Source of the DNA: Tubiluchus corallicola
Lineage: Eukaryota; Animalia; Priapulida
Reading direction: 5' to 3'
Length of the DNA: 64,000 nucleotides
Assembly (NCBI GenBank): GCA_030141605.1
Contig: JAQGDQ010001055.1
Coordinates: 1 to 64,000, forward strand
The notes below the pieces were generated by a model. That model was given only the letters and a program-made list of their open reading frames with translations. It was not told where the DNA came from and did no database searches. Each line of letters begins with the position of its first letter. Positions within the stretch are counted from its first letter, which is position 1. Position numbers and translations under genes: made by a program. Of the stretch, positions 1-11,473 are shown in pieces.

Positions 1-62
1 ATAACAAAAACCTTTTGTGGTTACTTAAGAGTGCAGGGCATTGTGTAACTATCCTGCTAGTC

Positions 63-447
63 CAGTGGTTCCCAAAGTAGGGGTAAATTACCCCCCGGGG
101 GTAATATGGTTTTTTTGGGGGGGTAACGGGCACCCCTCTGAAAATTTTTAAAACTTCGCTCGGAATGCATTTTACGTAGTTTTCTTCTTGAAGAGACTGC
201 CTCCGGCAGGCAACACTGAGTCATGGGGTTCTGAGCAGGTTCAGTAATTGTAATTCTTGTTTTGGCAACAATACAACAACAACACCTGGAAATTTATTTA
301 TGTCACGTGCAAACATAAATAATTTTGCTTGCTTGTGGCATATACGTGTGTTTACTTTTTGAGTTGGAGAAGTAGTACTAGGTGGGGGGTAATGGACACG
401 ACCGGGTTTCCCAATTTGGGTAACGGTCCAAGAAAGTTTGGGAACTG
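63..447. mobile_element. Non-autonomous hAT-type MITE, 385 bp
   Basis: Left TIR is CAGTGGTTCCCAAA. Right end TTTGGGAACTG is its reverse complement with a 3-nt deletion. A perfect 8-bp TSD, TGCTAGTC, lies at 55-62 and 448-455. An 8-bp TSD with CAG..CTG ends is characteristic of hAT elements. Confidence 0.88.
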
Positions 448-1331
448 TGCTAGTCTATTCCACCTTGTTTGTTTCTTTAATTTTATTTTGTCACTCACAC
501 ACTAATTTGGCTGCCAATTTTGAAATAAAGTGTGTAAGATCCATTTGGAAATTGAGTAAACCAATAAAAGTCCGCTGTTTTAATGATACCACCGTAGCAA
601 CGGAAAAAACGACCGAAGATAGACACGAACATAAACCTATTACAATGCAAGCCGGTAGATGCTAGGTTAGTGAAGCTTACCAAATGTATTTTCATTCTCT
701 TATTCATTTCCATAATTTCGGCGTCCATTGTGCCTAAAAATAAACAGTGTTTCCTACTAAGCTGATAACTCGTTGAAAGTCGCGAAATACAAATTTGCAT
801 TAAGTACAGAAAAATACTACAAAGAAATACCACAAAAACCTTTAAACACTTCGACAAAAAACTAAAAAGGCTGACAGCGACAAGGCACAAAGTATGATGT
901 TGAACAAATTTAATTCGAAGCAGTTTATTGCCACTCGTTCACTTCCCAAATCTTATATATATATATATATATATAATAATCTTTATTTGCCATTAAAAAC
1001 ATTGACAATCACTGATAAAAACTTTACAGAGATAATCAATCAGTGTTAGTTAATAAAAACTTACACTGCTGAAGGCAAATGCGTCAGTGCAATCTAAACT
1101 ACTGTGCAGTAATGACGAATAAAATCAAACATATTTACAACTATACACAAAAATATATAAAAAAAAACTATGATTTAATTAATATGGCCGTGGGTATATG
1201 AATTCGGAATTAGTGTGTATGTTGTCGTACTGGTGTGATGGTATTTCATATCTGGTTAATATTAGTGATTTTAATTTTGTTTTAAATGCTGATAGGGACT
1301 TGATTTGTTTAACCTGTAATGGTAGAGAATT

Positions 1332-4300
1332 CTAAAGTAAAATTGCTTGTTTGATTACAGAGTTCGTTCCATAGTGGGTATTTGTCCTAATTTGTTTTAG
1401 ATTGCTTGTTCTGGAATTAACGATAGGATTTGGAAAAAAGGTAAATCTGTTATTCTGGAATGGTTTGCTGATGTTGTTAATGTATTTAAATATAAAAAGC
1501 AGAGTAAAATATTCTTTGTGTGCTTCAATGATTGGGAATTTTAAAGTTTTTCTCAGATTAGTTGTTGAAGCTTTGAATTTTTGTCTACCTGCCTTGAGTT
1601 TGTATGAGTACCCAGCTATCAATCTCAACGCATAGTTTTGAAAGAGATTTAATTTTAAGTAATTTTCTCTTTTGGTTTTTTGAAGTAGCGTACATCCATA
1701 TAAGAAGTGTGGTAGAACTAAAGTTTTATATATTAGTGTTTTAGTTTCCTTTGTTAGTTGCCCTTTAACTTGTCGGAGATATGATGTGCTAGATGCCATT
1801 TTGTGTATATGTTATTAAAGTGATCATCCCATGAAAGATTATTGTCTACTTGTATGCCCAGGAATTTAACATTGTTAGTTTGTTTGATTACAGCATTATC
1901 TATTGTCAAAGTGGTTGATGATGCATCATTAGTATTTAATGAGGGTGACAGTATCATGAATTCTGTTTTGTCATTATTCATTTTAGCTTGTAATGACTAA
2001 ATGCCATATTTATATTTTTTATATCTTCTTCTAAATAATTTTTTGCAGTTTGGACATTTTCATGGGCTATGTAGATTGTAGTGTCATCAGCGTATTGCGT
2101 TATTTGTGAGTGTTTTAATACATTGGATATGTTGTTTATATATAGGCAAAATAATAACGGACCTAGTAGTGTTCCTTGCGGTATACCTCTGTTTAACGTG
2201 GCCCAGTCAGAAAAGTTGGTTGTATCTAACTTTACTCGTTGTTGTCTATCTTTGAGATAATTTTGTATCAGTTTTAACGATATCGTCTCTAATCCGATTT
2301 GTTTTAAATTATCGTAAAGTAGTTCGTGATTAATGCTATCGAAAGCTTTACTTAAATCCAAAAATGCTGCTAAAATGTATTGCTTGTTGTCTAAATTATG
2401 TCTCCAATTTTCTGTTGTGTGTATTAGGGCGTCAATGGTTGAATGGTGTTTACGGAAGCCAAACTGATGTTTTGATAAAAGTTCATGTTTATTTACATAT
2501 GAATTTATCTGATCATAAATTACCCTTTCCCAAACTTTGCCGAAACAATGGATTACGGAAATTGGGCGATAATTCATGGGATCACATTTTGGATCTTTTT
2601 TATGGATTGGAGTCACGTTTGCCATTTTACATACCGTTGGAAATTCGCCTCTCATAATTATCTGATTAGCAATGTAAGTCATATGCGGAGCTATTACAGA
2701 TGCGCTATCTTTTAGAATTTTGATAGGAATATCTGATGGTCCACTCCCTTTGTTGGAACTTAGGTTATTTAATATGTCGTTAATTTCTCCTACTGTGACG
2801 CTTTTGAATGAGAATACTGTGTTAGACGATTTGTTTTTAATTTATTAATTATATTATTGCTAATATGAGAAGCCACTCCCTTAAAATTTCCAAGATTCAG
2901 GAATATTGCATTTAGCGCGTTGGCAATATCTTTGGGTTTTGTAATAACAGTGTTGTTGATCTTAATTTCGTCAACACGCGTTAGTTTGTTATGGCATTTA
3001 TTTATTACATTGTTAATAATTTTCCATTTTTCTTTGGTATTTGTTGCGTTTTTACATTGTTGTTGTATATGTTTATTTTTCAAGCATTTATTAAGATTAT
3101 TAAATTGATTTCTCTTTTTTTATAATTGTTATGATTGTTTTTAGTTTTGTTCTTTTCCCATATATTATACATTCTGTTTTTAGCTATTCTTAGTTTGTCA
3201 AGTTCAGGTGTTGTCCAGGTACTTTCGTTATTGAGTTTGCTTTGTTGTGGGATTTGCTTTACGTTTTTATATGGTGCATGTACATTAAGGCAATATTCGA
3301 CATTATATGTCAGAATATTAACTTGTGTATCTATTTTATCAGTCATATATACGGAGGTCCAGTTCATTTTTGCTAAGTCGCTTAAGTATGAATGTTTGTT
3401 GTATTGGGCGTAGTCTCTCATTAAATGCCAGACTGAATTTTGGTTATTATTATGCTGTGGGGTCATTTTATCTACTAATATTGTGAAATGATGATCTGAA
3501 TAATCACACGGGAAAGTATCATATGCTACGAAATTATTGTTACTATTCGAAATGAAATGGTCGATTACTGTGGCTGATGTTTTAGAAATTCGAGTAGGTT
3601 TATTGTTGTTAAGTATGTGGACATTATATTGTTTTAAGAGCTCTGTGTATGTTTTGTATGCCAGTGTGTTTGTAGCTAAAATATCAAGGTTGAAATCGCC
3701 CATTATAAGAACTTTTTTATTTTCGAAAACACTGCGTTCTAGTTCTTCACTAAAGTATTTGAAAAATGTTTTGTGTTTGAGATTGGGTGGTCTATATATG
3801 GTTCCTATTACATAGTTCTCAATGCTGCACCAAACAGATTCAATCTTGCCGGTTCTGATGCCTTTCATTTCTTGTGGTCTCAGGTGTGAAGGTATATACA
3901 TCGCAACCCCTCCACCTTTCTTATTTTTACATCTATCTCTTCTTATTAATGTGTGATTAGGTAATTCTATAGTGTTGCTAAGTATTTGTTTATGTAGCCA
4001 AGTTTCTGTTATGCCTACAATCAGATTTTCGGTGGCGTGAATTGTATCTTTCAGCAGCCAGTGTTTTTTGACGAGACTTTGAATATTTATATTTAGAAAT
4101 TTGATGTTCTTTTTATAAGTAATCATGAATTTTTTTAGCTCATCACTGGTATTATTATTGTTGGTGTTATTATTATTATTATTTGGCAAAATGGGTCCAG
4201 GGTTAGTTTCGATACCAGCAAGTATAAGTAGTAAACGAATTATGGTTAAAATGTAAGCCAGTTCAGAACATGAGTATAGAGTGCTTTCAAAGTTAGATGA

Positions 4301-4525
4301 AATCTGTAATTTTTCCAATTTTTTTTTTAGAGCTACGTATTTTAGATTGACATGACGCATTTGTCTTATAGCACTGAGGTACACAACTTTTAAGATGGAT
4401 ACATATATTTTTAAAATAAATTGCATAGAGTGTCTTATTCTATCGCTATTTACAGGAAAAGCAATGAAAAAGTTGTTTAAATTACCTTTAGTCATTACAT
4501 TACAAATTACTGTTATGTAGATCAT
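1332..4525 (-). pseudogene. LINE ORF2 (2A-like peptide, APE, RT), about 1065 aa once four single-base frameshifts are repaired
   Basis: Five ORF-track pieces join into one frame by adding one A in A-runs at plus-strand T-runs 3115-3121, ~2834-2838, 1981-1984 and 1799-1802. Length check: 3194+4=3198 nt = 1066 codons. I saw no other in-frame stops. Confidence 0.85.
4193..4240 (-). other. 2A-like ribosome-skipping (StopGo) motif IRLLLILAGIETNPG|P
   Basis: Minus strand reads GCT GGT ATC GAA ACT AAC CCT GGA CCC, in frame and upstream of the APE domain. It matches (D/G)(V/I)ExNPGP and is preceded by a Leu-rich tract. Confidence 0.75.
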
Positions 4526-4980
4526 TTTCAGTTTTAGTATGGATAGTAATGTACAGTTGCTACTATCTTGCTACAGTTTAATCTTGATCCTTGTAGAAAC
4601 AATACATAGTTGCAGAACGTCTATGGAAACAAGAAAAGGAAGAGGTGTCGTGCTGGATATTTAGCCAAAATAACAATATTTATAAACAGTTTAAAAAGTA
4701 TTAAGGTTGGTCACGTTACTTGTGTCTCGCACGGTGATAGTCATTTGTGCCTATCTAACCAGATAGAGTGGACACCGAGGAAACAACGCAATGACCAATG
4801 AGGCGGCTTTTATTTAGCACTTACTGTTCTTCGATTGCTGAGGGCTTTACTCACATGCCCAGCCACATTTGCACTTAAAGCCTATACGAAATACACAGTT
4901 AAAGCGTGTGTTCGTGATCATTTTTGTGTTTTTTGCCATAAAAACTTTGTGCAGCTAAAATTCATTAATAGTAGTGAAGA

Positions 4981-5155
4981 ATGGTAAACCGTTGTGTAAT
5001 GTGGATGTTCGCTATCTAGAAAGATTAGGAGTTTGACTTAAAACTTTCCCCATCCCAAAAAAGACAAGTGTCACCGATGGGTCAGAGCATGCGGGAGGCA
5101 ACATGAACAGCTCATACCATTAAAAATTAACAAAAATCGTGCTGGCTGCTCAGAG
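4981..5155 (+). pseudogene. Degenerate THAP zinc-finger fragment, probably a DNA transposon relic
   Basis: Reading across frameshifts and a stop gives MVNRC..CNVDVRYLERLGV*LKTFPIPK..DKCHRWVRACGRQHEQLIPLKINKNRAGCSE. This retains the THAP pattern of N-terminal C..C, FP, W and C-terminal CS. Confidence 0.6.
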
Positions 5156-5887
5156 TCTTTTAATGTTTCATTATTACACTGTACTACATGTATAATTTGT
5201 TACTGCTGGCTACATGTAGAGTGTGTCCTGCTGAATCAGGACTTAAGGCACTACAACAAGATGTTCCAGGTACTGTACAGCAAAAAATAGGATTTCGTTG
5301 GTTGAGTATGACTGGCTGAACGTACAGTAGTATAATTAAATAGTTCAGCTGGGCTGACTTACTTGATTTTTATACATTTTTTCAGTTTTCGTGTTTATGT
5401 TAGAATTAGGCTTTACTTTACTTTAGAAATTTTGCTTTACGACACAACATGCAAACCATAGTTAATACACCGTTTCATATTTGTTATTTTAGTACTTTGT
5501 TGCAACTTTTATTATAACTAACGCTTTTATTATAACTATGTTTGAATTTTCGCAATAAATCTTGATATAGTGCACATATACTTGCGTATAATAATTAAAT
5601 CCTCTTTATAAGAATTTACTAGACAAGTTCTTATAGTTATTTATAGTCTTAATTAATTAGTACTGTTAGGCTGGAAGCGTTAGTGGGCTACGTGGCTGCA
5701 TATTTCTCTTATCAGAAGACAGCAGTATTTCTCAAGATTGCTACTCCACATTGTGTTACCTAAAAGTTTTGCAACAGGCTGCTGTAGAACAATACCTGCA
5801 TTAATTTTGTTAATACGGCAAAAATATACAGTATAACACATGTATTGTTGTAGGTATAATAACATTATTAAAATAAAAATTGATATA

Positions 5888-6340
5888 CAGTCAACCTCGG
5901 ATATAAGGGATGGTTTTTTACCCTTATAGCCGAAGTTGAGTCAGACCGCGGGTGTATCTAGACCAGTACTTTTCTGTACTTTCACGCACATTTTTATGGA
6001 TTATTACTACACATTCAGTGCAAACGGTATGTAGGAAACTCCTTCAGTTATGCGAGATGTATGTGACTGTGGAAACCGAGCTGTTCGAAGACCAAATTTG
6101 CAAAAAATTGAGGTTAAAAAGCGATCAATTTCGCTTTGATCATAGGGTCCCTTATATGCAAGGTAATTTACCTGGGTTTCTATTACGCAGGACCTGAAGA
6201 TATCGTCCCTTATAACCGAAAGTCCTTTATATCCGAGTACCTTATATACGAAGCTTTTTACACAGGAAAAATGTTATGAAAAATCGGGACCAGTGTTGGT
6301 GGTCCCTTATAAGCGAGTACCTTATACCCGAGGTTGACTG
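5888..6340. mobile_element. Tc1/mariner-superfamily (pogo/Tigger-like) MITE, 453 bp
   Basis: 21-bp TIRs CAGTCAACCTCGG(A/G)TATAAGG match at 20/21. TA TSD at 5886-5887 and 6341-6342. Subterminal CCTTATA..CGA motifs are repeated. Confidence 0.9.
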
Positions 6341-6364
6341 TATTAAAATTAACTAGGAAACAAA

Positions 6365-6483
6365 ATAGCGGTTCCAGACCATAATGGCCTTTGATATTTA
6401 ATGAACCTCACCTTACTGCCAACCCTGCTATAATGCCATATTTAGTCGTGTCTCAGACCTGGAGTTATAACGAAGTTTGACTG
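6365..6483. mobile_element. Right-end remnant of a second pogo-like MITE
   Basis: Ends in TTATAACGAAGTTTGACTG-TA, resembling the neighbouring TIR. No left TIR found. Confidence 0.4.
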
Positions 6484-6743
6484 TAGTTTGACAAATATTC
6501 CATGCAAAATTTTATAATGCTAAAAAATTCCGCTATTATCATTTAATAATATAATAATAAAGAAAAACAGTAAAGACACCCTAAAATGTTAAGTAAATTT
6601 TATAACATTGATTTGTTATATTTTGAACCAATTTTTCAAATCGTTTGTTGTTAAATGGCAATTAATCACACACAAATAATGCAAAGTGAAACTTTGGAAA
6701 CAAGGAAAACAACTGATTATTACTAATAGACTACAGGGCATAA

Positions 6744-7898
6744 TCACAATGATGTTTTTTCGACTTCCCTTTCCCTTCTGCGTGATTCATCATAATTTTT
6801 TCTAAGAAATCTCAGAACAGGCTCAACATTTTTCTTATATTTTGCTGATACAGGTATCACAGGCTTATCAATGTGTTTAAAAACATTCAAATTTCTTTGG
6901 GACACTGACAAATCGGCTTTATTGGCAACAATTGCATGTGGAATTGTCGACAATCCTTGCTTGTACTGCTCTAGTTCATACTTTAAGTCTTCAAACTGAC
7001 TTAGCGGATCATCAACTGAAAGATCTATAACAAACAGCAAACATTCACATCTTTCAACATGCTTCAGAAAGCTATAACCCAATCCTCTATTTAGATGAGC
7101 ATCTTTTATTAGACCTGGAATATCTGCTACAGATATTTGTTCATAGTCTTCATATTGCACAACCCCAATAAAAGGATTTCTTGTCGTAAATGGATATGCA
7201 GCTACCTTAGGTCTTGCACGAGAAATTGCTCTTAATAAGGTAGACTTTCCAGCATTGGGAAATCCAACCAAGCCTGCATTAGCTATTGTTCTAAGCTCCA
7301 ACTGCACTTGCTTACTTTCACCTTGCGCACCTTCTTCAGCTAGGTAAGGAGCTCGATTTTCATCAGAAGCGAAAAAGTTGTTACCCTTCCCTCCTGCACC
7401 ACCTCTTGCAGCAATATAAATATCACCTGCTTTTTGCAAGTCCCCAATAATATGTCCATTATCATCAAAAACCATTGTTCCAGGAGGCACTTTAATCACA
7501 AGATGCTGGGCATTTTCGCCAGTACAGTTCTTTGTTCCTCCATTTTTTCCACTATCTGCTATATTGACTGTCTTCACATGACAAAGCGATTTACAGTTCA
7601 TATCAACTTCAAGGATAACATGGCCGCCATAACCACCATCTCCACCATCAGGACCAGCCCACTCATTACACCACAATCTAAGAAACGATATACCACCATC
7701 ACCCCCATTGCCTCCTTGCACCTTTACCATTCTATAATCAATAAACAGCTTCTTGTTATCTTGCAAAGCTCGTGGCTTCTTCCATTTCATGACTTTAATT
7801 GTATCAGAAGCTTTCTCAAAAGTTTCAGCAGTTGTCTTCACAGAAAACAATGCAGAAATTGGGAAAAAGCTAGGCATACGAGAAAAAGTTTTAAGCAT
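6744..7898 (-). CDS. MTG2: Mitochondrial ribosome-associated GTPase 2 (Obg family, MTG2/GTPBP5), 384 aa, single coding exon
   Basis: Gly-rich Obg fold (FID..GGNGGDG, GPDGGDGGYGG, ARGGAGGKGN). G motifs: G1 GFPNAGKS, G2 YPFTT, G3 DIPG, G4 NKAD, G5 SAK. The basic N-terminal extension resembles a mitochondrial presequence. An in-frame TAG lies four codons upstream of the ATG. A candidate 5' UTR splice acceptor is at 8272-8273. Confidence 0.9.
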   Translation of the reverse strand: MLKTFSRMPSFFPISALFSVKTTAETFEKASDTIKVMKWKKPRALQDNKKLFIDYRMVKVQGGNGGDGGISFLRLWCNEWAGPDGGDGGYGGHVILEVDMNCKSLCHVKTVNIADSGKNGGTKNCTGENAQHLVIKVPPGTMVFDDNGHIIGDLQKAGDIYIAARGGAGGKGNNFFASDENRAPYLAEEGAQGESKQVQLELRTIANAGLVGFPNAGKSTLLRAISRARPKVAAYPFTTRNPFIGVVQYEDYEQISVADIPGLIKDAHLNRGLGYSFLKHVERCECLLFVIDLSVDDPLSQFEDLKYELEQYKQGLSTIPHAIVANKADLSVSQRNLNVFKHIDKPVIPVSAKYKKNVEPVLRFLRKNYDESRRREREVEKTSL

Positions 7899-8637
7899 TT
7901 CAAAGCACTATCAACTGCCAACCAATTTCATGTATCTGCTATGCATAACATCTTCTTAAAGTATGTATGAAAACATAAACAGTTGCACAGTTCAACTCTT
8001 TATCACAAAAGAAAATTAAAAGTTATTAACAGAGCACATTTTAATCAAAGTCAAGTAGGTTATGTTTTTTTGTTCCTTGTTGCACTACTAATGAAAACTA
8101 AAGCAAATTAAGTCCGTCACCAATAGTTTCTCTTCCCCTTGTTCCAAATTCAGTTTTCACTTAGAATCATTAGAAGCCAATGACATAGTTTATATGCTTT
8201 TGTGTACCACTAAATGGAAATGAGCACTTTGCAGGAGTTCTCAGAAAAGTTGTAACTTGCAAAATTAGCACCTACACAAATATAAAAAATACACAATTAA
8301 TAAAATACAGCATTTGGGCATTTGTAGTCTTGTCATTTAATACTAGATTTATTCCTGACTACCGTAGAAAAATAACTTTGTTGCACAGCTTTAAAGCTGT
8401 ATAATATCATCATCCTGTATAATGGGATACCACAAGCAGTATGTGCCTCAGTTATCAGTAAATAGCACATTGTACATCAGGATCAAGGCAGCGCTGTTGA
8501 TTGGCGCAAAACATCTCCTTATTCCAAGTCGGTGTCCCACAACAGATGCTGAAAAAAGAGGTGGAAGTTTTATATGATTATACGCAGGATGTCATGCTAG
8601 GCCGTCCGAATCAGGATGTCATGCTCGACACACTTAC

Positions 8638-8765
8638 ATGAAACATTTGTGCCTGCAGATCAGCTGGTCCAACCACCTCAACGAGTCAGTCATGCAAAAG
8701 ATTGTAACAAAGAGGAAGCTTGAGGCGATGGTGAAGAAAAGGAAACTGCGGTATTTTGAACTTAT
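8638..8765 (+). mobile_element. RTE-clade LINE C-terminal fossil
   Basis: Translation LQISWSNHLNESVMQKIVTKRKLEAMVKKRKLRYFELI resembles the RTE post-RT pattern L.ISW.....NE.V..........KRKLRYFGHI. Confidence 0.6.
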
Positions 8766-10754
8766 TATCATTAATTTCTGCACTTCTGTCTTAGTAAGTA
8801 GGATAAATGAGAAGGTAGTTATGAAGAAGGTGAACGTAATATCTAGAATGGACTGGTGACATGTACGGCAACGGTAATTGAGAGGAACAGAAGGTGCATA
8901 CGTTTCCATAATTTCTGTACCCTCTATATTGAGGATAGGATTAGGAAACACAAGGCCAGACTTATTATACGTAGCAGTTCTTAGATGCATAAAGATAATG
9001 CACCTATTACACAACTTCGTGTATGGGCTTCCCATAAACTGCTCGTTACATTCAGTACAAGAAGTTATCTCATTTTAGACTGAATTTAATTCAAGTACTA
9101 ACATCTAATAATAATAAAACTGGATAACATTACCAACATAGATAAGATGGATAGTAAGCATTGTAGACTGAATTTCGTTTTACACTCTACTTTGTTGTAA
9201 CCTACGCATTATGAATACTGTTATTATTAATATTACAATAGTTTGCATTAACATTATTTAGCCTCATAAAAACTTGTACTAGGCCTACAGTTTGCAGTGC
9301 AGGTAAGTCTCACAACTTTATAATTCAATTCAATTTTTATTTAGTCAAATACTCTATTATGTACATTGTACACTCTATTATGGTACCATTATAAACACAG
9401 TTAATATAACAAAGGTCAAATACATATTATAACATAAGCTTTACGCAAATTCATAGGTTATTTTTACAAACAGTGAATCACGAATGTAAAAGTTATCAAA
9501 AAATCAAATCAAATTTGTTTTTTCTCTCTGACACTTCAGGAACGAATACGCATATAAAAATATATAAACATAAATATAGTACTAATGCCACTAGTAATGG
9601 CATTAATGCGTTAATGAATGTAGAAATAAAGTCAATGAGATAGGGCAGCGAATTGACTAAAAAGTCATCATGTCACCTACATAAGCCGCACTGATCCATG
9701 CAGCAACTCAAAAACGTAAAATATACTTGTAAAAACTTAGCCAAAATCCAAAAACCACGAAAGCCGTAACATGTCTAAGACTTATTATTCTTCGGCAAAG
9801 TACAAGTGAATATCTTTTAGCCAACCACACTTGGTTAACATTTCTTTGTTCTTATCGACGACAATTTTGTCGATGATTTAGTAACATTCTCGACGCCTTT
9901 CTACGACTCATATGGCTTGAGAAATTTTAGTAGTGAAATCGAAATTTTAATAATTTGTTTGAAAATTGCCCATAGAGATTGTGCTAAATTGTGTTATTCA
10001 CATGCTGTTTCAAGTGAAAATTGCACAAATTTGGGATCAAAGTCGGTTCATTCATTACTCCGCACAGGTCTATATCAGAATGCCTATCACAAATTATCAT
10101 CAAGTACTGTTTGCATAATAAATACTATTGTAATTACAAATTTTCGTAAATGTGTTATGCTATACAGAGCAGGAAAAATAACAATTACAATAATTTCTCT
10201 ATTTATTTTACTAACAAACTGACCATAAATAAACTTTAAATATTTGCAAAATTTTGTCATAATTATCTTCTTAAACATTTCCAAATTGCCCTGTTGGTAC
10301 CCCTACAAGTTGTGGCTTCCTAAAACATACATAATCTAATGTTATGTTTATGTTAATAAGTTGACATACGGACACATTACTGGTAATATTTATTTTATGT
10401 ACATCATCTGAATCTATACTAATAGAAATTGAGAGAGAGAAATCAAACACTGTAGTGATATAGAATGTAATGTAGTTGAAGTTGTGAATTATTTGAATAT
10501 TGAATAAAATTTTAGGTTTTAATTGAATTCAAATTTTTGTGTACTGGAACAATCTTAGCTATTTTTAAAATATTTTTAAAAATTTTAAAATAAAATATAC
10601 CAAACACAATTCCTGATTTACTAACCTTACCTCACAGTTCCAATGAGAGACTTTTTGACATTGTTTATAAAGTTTTTACAGGTTGTGATTTAATTTCGTC
10701 AGATTACCCTGCAATTAGAAGAATTTACGTTGTGAAAGTAATATATACTATCAA

Positions 10755-10800
10755 TCTCTCTCTCACACACACACACACACACACTCACACACTCTGTCTC
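10755..10800. repeat. (CT)n(CA)n compound microsatellite
   Basis: Directly visible. Confidence 0.9.
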
Positions 10801-11473
10801 CCGGTCGCTTACTAGACTCATAGTAACTATAGCTAATTTAATAGCCGTGTGTCACCATAATACGAAATAAAACAAAGCCGAAATAAAGTAAATGTTATGA
10901 GAAGAAGAAGAGTACTACTATTAATTCTAGGAGCATGACGAAATGAAATTTATGTGTGTTTTTTTCAGTAACGCTATAAAACTTATTAAAAAAGTTTTGC
11001 TGAAATTTTGGTAACTAAGGTACCGAACTACATGTTCTTTCACACCAACCTCTTTGTGGTTGACTTGGTGACCCTTGGTCTTTTCGCCACCCCGTCTCTT
11101 TTCCGTCTTTATTTTAGTTTTTACCTTTTGTTTATGTTTATTTTGTAACATTCAGAGACAAATAAATTTTTTACTTACTTACTCACACACTATACTATAA
11201 ATGTTGCAAACAGATATTTTTACAATTATATAAGCCGTGTATTTTTTAGCATTTTAGTCGTATATAGTTTCTGTGTTGTTAGTGTCTTTGTGTCTCCATT
11301 GAATTGATCATATTTTCATGTCTAGATTCCTGATGTGGCTTTAAGTGCAGTAGCTTTATATAAAGTTATACAGTACAGTCGATAACTAGCCTCACTTCAA
11401 ATGATGGGGCTACGGTTAATGATTGCTACGTGCGATTTTCTCGCTTGCAGGACATCCTTGTGTACTTGTATTG

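Larger units (their letters stand above)
954..4525 (-). mobile_element. Non-LTR retrotransposon (LINE), CR1/L2 group (L2/Crack/Daphne-like), APE endonuclease plus reverse transcriptase
   Basis: APE motifs NIQSL, GITETWL, GGGV, IYRPP, MGDFN, PTR, IDH and SDH lie in 3080..4525. RT motifs YRPIS, QFGFR, FLDLSKAFD, GIPQGTLLGPLLF and YADDT lie in 1978..2682. C-terminal KFLGIQVDNNLSW and QNYALRLI follow. The 3' UTR ends in AATAAA (982-987, minus strand) and a (TA)n tail at 954-975. The true 5' end may extend about 200 bp beyond 4525. No ORF1 or TSD was found. Confidence 0.93.

Noticed and set aside
495-890. 131-aa minus-strand ORF with splice-like signals
   Set aside because: No recognisable domain. 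It could include exons of a gene running off the window edge, but I cannot support a call.
1754-3121. Programmed ribosomal frameshifting or stop-restart at the AAA-TGA and AAA-TGG junctions of the LINE ORF
   Set aside because: Four successive events inside one EN-RT protein would be needed. Homopolymer indels are far simpler, and I saw no stimulatory structures.
7434-7970. 178-aa plus-strand ORF and similar antisense ORFs over the LINE, ZO-1 and GPR89
   Set aside because: These are shadows of real coding sequence on the opposite strand, with no motifs of their own.
10413-10816. Possible Helitron (A|TCTATACTAATA start, CTAG end after microsatellite)
   Set aside because: No clear subterminal hairpin, the base after CTAG is not T, and there is no second copy in the window.
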